This document shows positions 15,001 to 27,849 of a DNA stretch of 64,000 bases, piece after piece. The DNA is from Centroscyllium fabricii (lineage: Eukaryota): NCBI GenBank assembly GCA_051313645.2, contig JBNRSN020000073.1:4402001-4466000 (forward strand). The letters run 5' to 3'. The notes under the pieces were generated by a model. The model did no database searches and was not told where the DNA came from. It saw nothing but the letters and a program-made list of their open reading frames with translations. The stretch's first letter is position 1. Every line of letters starts with the position of its first letter. Both the position numbers and the translations under genes were made by a program.

Positions 15001-17200
15001 CTTGCAATCTGGTTCAGTAATGGAGTGCATCAGAATATATTCACAATACCCTGCAATCTGGTTCATTAATAGAGCGCATCGGAATATATTCACAATACCC
15101 TGCAATCTGGTTCAGTAATTGAGTGCATCAGAATATATTCACAATACCATGGAAAATGGTTCAGTATTAGAGAGCATCAGAATATATTCACAATACACTG
15201 CAATCTGGTTCATTAATAGAGGGCATCAGAATATATTCACAATACACTGAAATCTGGTTCAGTAAGAGAGTGCATTAGAATATATTCACAATACCCTGCA
15301 ATCTGGTTCAGTAATAGAGAGCGTTGGAATATATTCACAATACCCTGCAATCTGGTTCAGTAATAGAGTGCATCAGAATATATTCACAATACCCTGCAAT
15401 TTGGTTCAGTAATAGAGAGCATCAAAATATATTCACAATACCTTGAAATCTGGTTCAGTAATAGAGTGCATCGGAATATATTAACAATACCTTGCAATCT
15501 GTTTCAGTAATAGAGAGCATCATAATATATTCACAATACCCTGCAATCTGGTTCAGTTATATAGCGCATCAGAATATATTCACAATAGCCTGCAATCTGG
15601 TTCAGTATTAGAGTGCATCAGAATATATTCACAATACCCTGCAATCTGGTTCAGTATTAGAGTGCAACGGAATATATTCACATTACTCTGCAAAGTGGTT
15701 CAGTAATAGAGTGCATCAGAATATATTCACAATACCTTGCAATCTGGTTCAGTAATAGACTCCATCAGAATATATTCACATTACCCTGCATTCTGGTTCA
15801 GTAATAGAGTGCATCAGAATATATTCACAATACACTGCAATCTGGTTCAGTAATAGAGAGCATCAGAATATATTCACAAAACACTGCAATCTGGTTCAGT
15901 AATAGAGTGCATCAGAATATATTAACAATACCCTGCAATCTGGTTCAGTATTAGAGCGCATCAGAATATATTCACAATACCCTGCAATCTGGTTCAGTAA
16001 TAGAGTACATCAGAATATATTCACAATAAACTGCAATCTGGTTCAGTAATAGAGAGCGTTGGAATATATTCACAATACCCTGCAATCTGGTTCAGTAATA
16101 GAGAGTGCATCAGAATATATTCACAATACCCTGCAATCTGATTCAGTAATAGAGCATTTGAATATATTCACAATACCCTGCAATCTGGTTTAGTAATAGA
16201 GATCGTTGGAATATATTCACAATACCCTGCAATCTGGTTCATTAATAGAGTGCATCAGAATATATTCACAATACATTTCAATCTGTTTCAGTAATACAGT
16301 GCATCAGAATATATTCACAATACCCAGCAATCTTGTTCAGTAATAGAGTGCATCAGAATATATTCACTATAACATGCAAACTGGGTCAGTAATAGAGCAT
16401 TGGAATATATTCACAATAAACTGCAATCTGGATATGTTCAGAATGTATTCACAATACCATGCAATCTGGTTCAGTAATAGAGCGCATCAGAATATATTCA
16501 CAATACACTGCAATCTGGTTCAGTAATAGAGCACATCAGAATATATTCACAATACCCTGCAATCTGGTTCAGTAATAGAGTGCATCAGAATATACTCACA
16601 ATGCCCTGCAATCTGGTTCAGTAATAGAGAGCGTTGGAATATATTCACAATAGCCTGCAATCTGTTTCAGTAATAGAGAGAATTGGAATATATTTGCAAT
16701 ACCCTGCAATCTGGTTCAGTAATAGAGCACATCGGAATATATTCACAATAGGCTGCAAACTGGTTCAGTAATAGAGAGCATTGGAATATATTCATAATAC
16801 CCTGCAATATGGTTCAGTAATAGTGAGCATTGGAATATATTCACTACACCCTGCAATCTGGTTCAGTAATAGAGTGCATCAGAATATATTCACAATACCC
16901 TGCAATCTGGTTCAGTAATAGAGCGCATCGGAATATATTCACAATACCCTGCAATCTGGTTCAGTAATATAGTGCATCAGAATATATTCACAAAACACTG
17001 CAATCTGGTTCAGTATTAGAGAGCATCAGAATATATTCACAATACCCTGCAATATGGTTCAGTATAAGAGTGCATCAGAATATATTCATATACCCTGCAA
17101 TCTGGTTCAGTAATAGAGTGCATCAGAATATATTCACAATACCCTGCAATCTGGTTCAGTAATAGAGCGCATCGGAATATATTCACAATACCCTGCAATC
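1..17200 (+). repeat. Higher-order repeat of about 2.63 kb (about 54 monomers), nested in a roughly 6.2-kb duplication
   Basis: The aberrant short monomer CTGGATATGTTCAGAATG occurs at 1322, 3952, 7560, 10141, 12771 and 16428. An identical 82-aa pseudo-ORF starts at 2624, 8813, 11443 and 14073 (spacings 6189, 2630, 2630). Position 1 recurs at 2678 and 6239. Confidence 0.9.
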
Positions 17201-18198
17201 TGGCTGGCAGATAGAAAACAGAGAGTTGGAATAAACGGCTCATTTTCTGAATGGCAGGCAGTAACAAGTGGGGTACCTCAGGGATCTGTTCTGGGTCCCC
17301 AGCTGTTCACAATTTATATTAATGACCTAGATCAGGGAATCGGATGCAGCATCTCCAAATTCGCAGACGATACTAAACTAGGAGGTGGGGTAGGCTCAGA
17401 AGAGGGGATCAGGAAGCTCCAGAGCGATTTGGACAAATTGGGGGACTGGGCAGATACATGGCAAATGCACTATAATGTGGAAAAGTGTGAAGTTATCCAC
17501 CTTGGGAGCAAAAACGGGAGGGCAAATTATTATTTAAATGGCAATAGATTGGGAGATGGGGAAGTACAGCGAGACCTGGGTGTTCTTGTGCACCAGTCAT
17601 TGAAGGCGAGCATGCAGGTGCAACAGGCGGTCAGGAAGGCAAATGGTATGCTGGCCTTCATATCAAAAGGGTTAGAATACAGGAACAAGGACACCTTACT
17701 ACAGCTGTACAGGGCACTGGTGAGACCACACCTCGAGTACTGTGTGCAGTTTTGGTCGCCTCATCTGAGGAAGATGTTCTTGCCATGGAAGGAGTGCAGC
17801 GGCGATTCACCAGGCTGATACCAGGAATGGCAGGAATGACCTATGAGGAGAGACTATGTAGTTTGGGGATGTACACACTGGAGTTTAGAAGATTGAGAGG
17901 GGATCTCATAGAAACATATAAAATTCTGACAGGCCTGGACAGACTAGATGCAGAAGGAATGTTTCCGATGGCAGGAGAGTATAGAACTAGGGGACACAGT
18001 TTAAGGATAAGGGCTAAACCATTTAGGACAGAGATGAGGAGGAATTTCTTCACCCAGAGAGTGGTGAACCTGTGGAACTCACTGCCACAGAAGGCAGTGG
18101 ACGCCAGCTCATTAAACATATTTAAGAGGGAATTAGATATATTTCTGCAGGCAAAAGGGGTTAAAGGTTACGGAGAGAAGGCAGGGATGGGATACTGA
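17201..18198 (+). pseudogene. CR1 ORF2 reverse transcriptase C-terminal fragment, split by a frameshift
   Basis: ORFs 17429-17818 and 17752-18198 together match the continuous ORF of copy 2. No endonuclease domain and no true start codon. Confidence 0.9.
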
Positions 18199-18231
18199 AC
18201 TGAAGGATCAGCCATGATCTCATTGAATGGC

Positions 18232-18270
18232 GGAGCAGGCTCGAAGGGCCGAATGGCCTACTCCTGCTCC
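18232..18270 (+). promoter_or_regulatory. LINE 3' UTR stem-loop (putative RT recognition element)
   Basis: GGAGCAGG (18232-18239) pairs with CCTGCTCC (18263-18270) and encloses the hairpin GGCC-GAAT-GGCC. It is recognisable in all six LINE copies. 3' stem-loops are known in CR1/L2-group LINEs; the function here is inferred. Confidence 0.65.
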
Positions 18271-21200
18271 TATCATCTATGTATCTATGTAATATATTCA
18301 CAATACACTGCAATCTGGTTCAGTAATAGATCGCATCGGAATATATTCACAATACCTTGCAATCTGGTTCAGTAATAGAGCGCATCGGAATATATACACA
18401 ATAACCTGCAATCTGGTTCAGTAATAGAGAGCGTTGGAATATATTCACAATACCCTGCAATCTGGTTCAGTAATAGAGAGTGTTAGAATATATTCACAAT
18501 ACCCTGCAATCTGGTTCAGCATTAGAGTGCATCAGAATATATTCACAATACCCTGCAATCTAGTTCAGTATTAGAGTACATCAGAATATATTCACAATAC
18601 CTGGCAATCTGGTTCAATAATAGAGAGCATCAGAATATATTCACAATACCCTGCCATATGATTCAGTAATAGAGTGCATCAGAATATATTCACAATACCC
18701 TGCAATCTGGTTCAGTAATAGAGTGCATCAGAGTATATTCACAATACCCTGCAATCTGGTTCAGTAAACGAGCGCATCGGAATATATTCACAATACCCTG
18801 CAATCTAGTTCAGTATTAGAGTGCATCAGAATATATTCACAATACCTTGCAATCTGGTTCAGTAATAGAGTGGATCAGAATATATTCACAATACCCTGCA
18901 ATCAGGTTTAGTAATAGAGCGCGTTGCAATATATTCACAATACCCTGCAATCTGGTTCAGTAATAGAGTGCCTCAGAATATATTCACAATACCCTTCAAT
19001 CTGGTTCAGTAATAGAGAGCATCAGAATATATACACAATACCCTGCAATCTGGTTCAGTAATAGAGTGCATCAGAACATATTCACAATACCTTGTAATCT
19101 GGTTCAGTAATAGAGTGCATCAGAATATATTCACAATACACTGCAATCTGTTTCTGTAATAGAGAACGTTGGAATATATTCACAATACCCTGCAATCTAG
19201 TTCAGTAATAGAGCGCATCAGAATATATTCACAATACATTGCAATCTGGTTCAGTAATAGAGCGCATCAGAATATATTCACAATAAACTGCAATCTGGTT
19301 CAGTAATAGAGTGCATCGGAATATATTCACAATAACCTGCAATCTGGTTCAGTAATAGAGAGCATTGGAATATATTAACAATACCCTGCAATCTGGTTCA
19401 GTAATAGAGAGTGTTGGAATATATTCACAATACCCTGCAATCTGGTTCAGTAATAGAGTGCATCAGAATATATTCACAATACCCTACAATCTGGTTCAGT
19501 ATTAGAGTGCATCAGAATATATTCACAATACCTTGCAATCTGGTTCAGTAATAGAATGGATCAGAATATATTCACAATACCCTGCAATCAGGTTCAGTAA
19601 TAGAGCGCGTTGGAATATATTCACAATAACCTGCAATCTAGTTCAGTATTACAGTGCATCAGAATATATTCACAATAACCTGCAATCTGGTTCAGTATTA
19701 GATCGCAACAGAATATATTCACAATACCCTTCAATCTGGTTCAGTAATAGAGTGCATCAGAATATTTTCACAATATCCTGCAATCTGGTTCAGTAATAGA
19801 GTGCATCGGAGTATATTCACAATAACCTGCAATCTGGTTCAGTAATAGAGAGCGTTGGAATATATTCACAATACCTTGCAATCTGGCTCAGTATTAGTGT
19901 ATCAGAATATATTCACAATACCTTGCAATCTGGTTCAGTAATAGAGTGCATCAGAATATATTCACAATACCCTGCAATCTGGTTCATTAATAGAGCGCAT
20001 CGGAATATATTCACAATACCCTGCAATCTGGTTCAGGAATAGAGTGCATCAGAATATATTCACAATACCATGCAAAATGGTTCAGTATTAGAGAGCATCA
20101 GAATATATTCACAATACCCTGCAATCTGGTTCATTAATAGAGGGCATCAGAATATATTCACAATACACTGAAATCTGGTTCAGTAATAGAGTGCATTAGA
20201 ATATATTCACAATACCCTGCAATCTGGTTCAGTAATAGAGAGCGTTGGAATATATTCACAATACCCTGCAATCTGGTTCAGTAATAGAGTGCATCAGAAT
20301 ATATTCACAATACCCAGCAATTTGGTTCAGTAATAGAGAGCATCAGAATATATTCACAATACCTTGAAATCTGGTTCAGTAATAGAGTGCATCGGAATAT
20401 ATTAACAATACCTTGCAATCTGTTTCAGTAATAGAGTGCATCAGAATATATTCACAATAGCCTGCAATCTGGTTCAGTATTAGAGTGCATCAGAATATAT
20501 TCACAATACCCTGCAATCTGGTTCAGTATTAGAGTGCAACGGAATATATTCACATTACTCTGCAAAGTGGTTCAGTAATAGAGTGCATCAGAATATATTC
20601 ACAATACCTGGCAATCTGGTTCAGTAATAGACTCCATCAGAATATATTCACATTACCCTGCATTCTGGTTCAGTAATAGAGTGCATCAGAATATATTCAC
20701 AATACACTGCAATCTGGTTCAGTAATAGAGAGCATCAGAATATATTCACAAAACACTGCAATCTGGTTCAGTAATAGAGTGCATCAGAATATATTAACAA
20801 TACCCTGCAATCTGGTTCAGTATTAGAGCGCATCAGAATATATTCACAATACCCTGCAATCTGGTTCAGTAATAGAGTACATCAGAATATATTCACAATA
20901 AACTGCAATCTGGTTCAGTAATAGAGAGCGTTGGAATATATTCACAATACCCTGCAATCTGGTTCAGTAATAGAGAGTGCATCAGAATATATTCACAATA
21001 CCCTGCAATCTGATTCAGTAATAGAGCATTTGAATATATTCACAATACCCTGCAATCTAGTTTAGTAATAGAGATCGTTGGAATATATTCACAATACACT
21101 GCAATCTGGTTCATTAATAGAGTGCATCAGAATATATTCACAATACATTTCAATCTGTTTCAGTAATAGAGTGCATCAGAATATATTCACAATACCCAGC

Positions 21201-23186
21201 AATCTTGTTCAGTAATAGAGTGCATCAGAATATATTCACTATAAACTGCAAACTGGGTCAGTAATAGAGCGTTGGAATATATTCACAATAAACTGCAATC
21301 TGGATAAGTTCAGAATGTATTCACAATACCATGCAATCTGGTTCAGTAATAGAGCGCATCAGAATATATTCACAATACACTGCAATCTGGTTCATTAATA
21401 GAGCACATCAGAATATATTCACAATACCCTGCAATCTGGTTCATTAATAGAGGGCATCAGAATATATTCACAATACACTGAAATCTGGTTCAGTAATAGA
21501 GTGCATTAGAATATATTCACAATACCCTGCAATCTGGTTCAGTAATAGAGAGCGTTGGAATATATTCACAATACCCTGCAATCTGGTTCAGTAATAGAGT
21601 GCATCAGAATATATTCACAATACCCAGCAATTTGGTTCAGTAATAGAGAGCATCAGAATATATTCACAATACCTTGCAATCTGGTTCAGTAATAGAGTGC
21701 ATCGGAATATATTAACAATACCTTGCAATCTGTTTCAGTAATAGAGAGCATCAGAATATATTCACAATACCCTGCAATCTGGTTCAGTTATATAGCGCAT
21801 CAGAATATATTCACAATAGCCTGCAATCTGGTTCAGTATTAGAGTGCATCAGAATATATTCACAATACCCTGCAATCTGGTTCAGTATTAGAGTGCAACG
21901 GAATATATTCACATTACTCTGCAAAGTGGTTCAGTAATAGAGTGCATCAGAATATATTCACAATACCTTGCAATCTGGTTCAGTAATAGACTCCATCAGA
22001 ATATATTCACATTACCCTGCATTCTGGTTCAGTAATAGAGTGCATCAGAATATATTCACAATACACTGCAATCTGGTTCAGTAATAGAGAGCATCAGAAT
22101 ATATTCACAAAACACTGCAATCTGGTTCAGTAATAGAGTGCATCAGAATATATTAACAATACCCTGCAATCTGGTTCAGTATTAGAGCGCATCAGAATAT
22201 ATTCACAATACCCTGCAATCTGGTTCAGTAATAGAGTACATCAGAATATATTCACAATAAACTGCAATCTGGTTCAGTAATAGAGAGCGTTGGAATATAT
22301 TCACAATACCCTGCAATCTGGTTCAGTAATAGAGAGTGCATCAGAATATATTCACAATACCCTGCAATCTGATTCAGTAATAGAGCATTTGAATATATTC
22401 ACAATACCCTGCAATCTGGTTTAGTAATAGAGATCGTTGGAATATATTCACAATACACTGCAATCTGGTTCATTAATAGAGTGCATCAGAATATATTCAC
22501 AATACATTTCAATCTGTTTCAGTAATAGAGTGCATCAGAATATATTCACAATACCCAGCAATCTTGTTCAGTAATAGAGTGCATCAGAATATATTCACTA
22601 TAAACTGCAAACTGGGTCAGTAATAGAGCGTTGGAATATATTCACAATAAACTGCAATCTGGATAAGTTCAGAATGTATTCACAATACCATGCAATCTGG
22701 TTCAGTAATAGAGCGCATCAGAATATATTCACAATACACTGCAATCTGGTTCATTAATAGAGCACATCAGAATATATTCACAATACCCTGCAATCTGGTT
22801 CAGTAATAGAGTGCATCAGAATATATTCACAATGCCCTGCAATCTGGTTCAGTAATAGAGAGCGTTGGAATATATTCACAATAGCCTGCAATCTGTTTCA
22901 GTAATAGAGAGAATTGGAATATATTTGCAATACCCTGCAATCTGGTTCAGTAATATAGTGCATCAGAATATATTCACAAAACCCTGCAATATGGTTCAGT
23001 ATTAGAGAGCATCAGAATATATTCACAATACCCTGCAATATGGTTCACTATAAGAGTGCATCAGAATATATTCATATACCCTGCAATCTGGTTCAGTAAT
23101 AGAGTGCATCAGAATATATTCACAATACCCTGCAATCTGGTTCAGTAATAGAGCGCATCGGAATATATTCACAATACCCTGCAATC

Positions 23187-24185
23187 TGGCTGGCAGATAG
23201 AAAACAGAGAGTTGGAATAAACGGCTCATTTTCTGAATGGCAGGCAGTAACAAGTGGGGTACCTCAGGGATCTGTTCTGGGTCCCCAGCTGTTCACAATT
23301 TATATTAATGACCTAGATCAGGGAATCGGATGCAGCATCTCCAAATTCGCAGACGACACTAAACTAGGAGGGGGGGTAGGCTCAGAAGAGGGGATCAGGA
23401 AGCTCCAGAGCGATTTGGACAAATTGGGGGACTGGGCAGATACATGGCAAATGCACTATAATGTGGATAAGTGTGAAGTTATCCACCTTGGGGGCAAAAA
23501 CGGGAGGGCAAATTATTATTTAAATGGCAATAGATTGGGAGATGGGGAAGTACAGCGAGACCTGGGTGTTCTTGTGCACCAGTCATTGAAGGCGAGCATG
23601 CAGGTGCAACAGGCGGTCAGGAAGGCAAATGGTATGCTGGCCTTCATATTAAAAGGGTTAGAATACAGGAACAAGGACACCTTACTACAGCTGTACAGGG
23701 CACTGGTGAGACCACACCTCGAGTACTGTGTGCAGTTTTGGTCGCCTCATCTGAGGAAGGATGTTCTTGCCATGGAAGGAGTGCAGCGGCGATTCACCAG
23801 GCTGATACCAGGAATGGCAGGAATGACCTATGAGGAGAGACTATGTAGTTTGGGGATGTACACACTGGAGTTTAGAAGATTGAGAGGGGATCTCATAGAA
23901 ACATATAAAATTCTGACAGGCCTGGACAGACTAGATGTGGAAGGAATGTTTCCGATGGCAGGAGAGTATAGAACTAGGGGACACAGTTTAAGGATAAGGG
24001 CTAAACCATTTAGGACAGAGATGAGGAGGAATTTCTTCACCCAGAGAGTGGTGAACCTGTGGAACTCACTGCCACAGAGGGCAGTGGACGCCAGCTCATT
24101 AAACATATTTAAGAGGGAATTAGATATATTTCTGCAGGCAAAAGGGGTTAAAGGTTACGGAGAGAAGGCAGGGATAGGATACTGA
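23187..24185 (+). pseudogene. CR1 ORF2 RT C-terminal fragment (frame open from the truncation point to the stop)
   Basis: The frame of ORF 23415-24185 extends upstream without stops to 23187 (WLADRKQRVGINGSFSEWQAVTSGVPQGSVLGP...FADDTK). Confidence 0.9.
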
Positions 24186-24277
24186 ACTGAAGGATCAGCC
24201 ATGATCTCATTGAATGGCGGAGCAGGCTCGAAGGGCCGAATGGCCTACTCCTGCTCCTATCATCTATGTATCTATGT
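23187..24277 (+). mobile_element. 5'-truncated CR1-clade LINE, subfamily A, copy 2 (duplicate of 17201-18290, offset 5986)
   Basis: Same 5' and 3' junctions as copy 1; about 10 differences in 1.09 kb by eye. Confidence 0.95.
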
Positions 24278-27200
24278 AATATATTCACAATACACTGCAA
24301 TCTGGTTCAGTAATAGAGCGCATCGGAATATATTCACAATACCTTGCAATCTGGTTCAGGAATAGAGTGCATCAGAATATATTCACAATACCCTGCAATC
24401 TGGTTCAGTATTAGAGAGCATCAGAATATATTCACAATACCCTGCAATCTGGTTCAGTAATAGAGTGCATCAGAATATATTCACAATACCCTGCAATCTG
24501 GTTCAGTAATAGAGTGCATTGGAATATATTCACAATACCCTGCAATCTGGTTCAGTAATAGAGAGCATTGGAATATATTCACATTACCCTGCAATCTGGT
24601 TCAGTAATAGAGTGCATCAGAATATATTCACAATACCCTGCAATCTCATTCAGTAATAGAGCGCATCTGAATATATTCACAATACCATGCAATCTGGTTC
24701 AGTAATAGAGCGCATCGGAATATATTCACTATACCCTGCAATCTGGTTCAGTAATAAAGTGCATCAGAATATATTCACAATACCCTGCAATCTATTTCAG
24801 TATTAGAGAGCATCAGAATATATTCACAATAGCCTGCAATCTGGTTCAGTATTACAGTGCATCAGAATATATTCACAAAAACCTGCTATCTGGTTCAGTA
24901 TTAGAGTGCATCAGAATATATTCACAATAACCTGCAATCTGGTTCAGTATTAGAGCGCATCAGAATATATTCACAATACACTGCAATCTGGTTCAGTAAT
25001 AGAGCGCATGGAAATTATATTCACAATACCCTGCAATCTGGTTCAGTAATAGAGCGCATCGAAATATATAAACAATAACCTGCAATCTGGTTCAGTAATA
25101 GAGAGCATTGGAATATATTCACAATACCCTGCAATCTGGTTCAGTAATAGAGAGTGTTAGAATATATTCACAATACCCTGCAATCTGGTTCAGCATTAGA
25201 GTGCATCAGAATATATTCACAATACCCTGCAATCTAGTTCAGTATTAGAGTACATCAGAATATATTCACAATACCTGGCAATCTGGTTCAATAATAGAGA
25301 GCATCAGAATATATTCACAATACCCTGCCATCTGATTCAGTAATAGAGTGCATCAGAATATATTCACAATACCCTGCAATCTGGTTCAGTAATAGAGTGC
25401 ATCAGAGTATATTCACAATACCCTGCAATCTGGTTCAGTAAACGAGCGCATCGGAATATATTCACAATACCCTGCAATCTAGTTCAGTATTAGAGTGCAT
25501 CAGAATATATTCACAATACCTTGCAATCTGGTTCAGTAATAGAGTGGATCAGAATATATTCACAATACCCTGCAATCAGGTTTAGTAATAGAGCGCGTTG
25601 CAATATATTCACAATACCCTGCAATCTGGTTCAGTAATAGAGTGCCTCAGAATATATTCACAATACCCTTCAATCTGGTTCAGAAATAGAGAGCATCAGA
25701 ACATATTCACAATACCTTGTAATCTGGTTCAGTAATAGAGTGCATCAGAATATATTCACAATACACTGCAATCTGGTTCTGTAATAGAGAACGTTGGAAT
25801 ATATTCACAATACCCTGCAATCTAGTTCAGTAATAGAGCGCATCAGAATATATTCACAATACATTGCAATCTGGTTCAGTAATAGAGCGCATCAGAATAT
25901 ATTCACAATAACCTGCAATCTGGTTCAGTAATAGAGTGCATCGGAATATATTCACAATAACCTGCAATCTGGTTCAGTAATAGAGAGCATTGGAATATAT
26001 TAACAATACCCTGCAATCTGGTTCAGTAATAGAGAGTGTTGGAATATATTCACAATACCCTGCAATCTGGTTCAGTAATAGAATGGATCAGAATATATTC
26101 ACAATACCCTGCAATCAGGTTCAGTAATAGAGCGCGTTGGAATATATTCACAATAACCTGCAATCTAGTTCAGTAATAGAGCGCATCAGAATATATTTTC
26201 AATAACTTGCAATCTGGTTCAGTAATAGAGCGCATCAGAATATATTCACAATAACCTGCAATCTGTTTCTGTAATAGAGTGCATCACAATATATTCACAA
26301 TACCCAGCAATCTGGTTCAGTAATAGAGAGCATTTGAATATTTTCACAATACCCTGCAATATGTTTCAGTAATAGAGAGCGTTGGAATATATTCACAATA
26401 GCCTGCAATCTGGTTCAGTAATAGAGTGCATCAGAATATATTTACAATACCCTGCAATCTGGTTCAGTAATAGAGCGCATCGGAATATATTCACAATACC
26501 CTGCAATCTGGTTCAGTAATAGAGTGCATCAGAATATATTCACAATACCCTGCAATCTGTTTCAGTATTAGAGAGCATCAGAATATATTCACAATAGCCT
26601 GCAATCTGGTTCAGTAATAGAGTGCATCAGAATAAATTCACAATACCCTGCAATCTGGATCAGTATTAGAGTGCATCAGAATATATTCACAATAACCTGC
26701 AATCTGGTTCAGTAATAGAGCGCATGGGAATATATTCACATTACACTGCAATCTGGTTCAGTAATAGAGCGCATCGGAATATATTCACAATAACCTGCAA
26801 TCTGGTTCAGTAATAGAGAGCGTTCGAATATATACACAATACCCTGCAATCTGGTTCAGTAATAGAGAGTGTTGGAATATATTCACAATACCATGCAATC
26901 TGGTTCAGTAATAGAGAGCATCAGAATATATTCAAAATACCCTGCAATCTGGTTCAGTAATAGAGAGCGTTGGAATATATTCACAATACCCTGCAATCTG
27001 GTTCAGTAATAGAGAGTGTTGGAATATATTCACAATACCCTGCAATCTGGTTCAGTAATAGAGTGCATCAGAATATATTCACAATACCCTGCAATCTGGT
27101 TCAGTATTAGTGTGCATCAGAATATATTCACAATACCTTGCAATCTGGTTCAGCAATAGAGAGGATCTGAATATATTCACAATACCCTGCAATCAGGTTC

Positions 27201-27849
27201 AGTAATAGAGCACGTTGGAATATATTCAGAATACCCGGCAATCTGGTTCCGTAATAGAGTGCACCACAATATATTCACAATACACTCCAATCTGGTTCAG
27301 TAATAGAGAGCATCAGAATATATTCACAATACCTTGCAATCTGGTTCAGTAATAGAGTGCTTCAGAATATATTCACAATACCCTGCAATCTGGTTCATTA
27401 ATAGAGAGCATTGGAATATATTCACAATACCCCGCTATCTAGTTCAGTAATAGAGCGCATCAGAATATATTCACAATACCTTGCAATCTGGTTCAGTAAT
27501 AGAGCGCATCAGAATATATTCACAATACCCTGCAATCTGGTTCAGTAATAGAGAGCATCAGAATATATTCACAATAACCTGCAATCTGGTTCAGTAATAG
27601 AGAGCGTTGGAATATATTCACAATACCCTGCAATCGGGTTCAGTAATAGAGCACATCAGAATATATTCACAATAGCTTGCAATCTGGTTCAGTAATAGAG
27701 TGCATCAGAATATATTCACAATACCCTGCAATCTGGTTTAGTAATAGAGAACATCAGAATATATTCAGTATACCCTGCAATCTGGTTCATTAATAGAGTG
27801 CATCAGAATATATTCACAATACCCTGCAATCTGGTTCAGTAATAGAGTG

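Larger units (their letters stand above)
17201..18290 (+). mobile_element. 5'-truncated CR1-clade LINE (HER1-like), subfamily A, copy 1; frameshifted
   Basis: RT motifs WLADRKQRV, GVPQGSVLGP, FADDTK and the CR1 C-terminal motifs RPHLEYCVQFWSP and FFTQRVV. 1-bp deletion near 17773 relative to copy 2. 3' UTR stem-loop and (TCTATGTA)2 tail. Confidence 0.95.
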
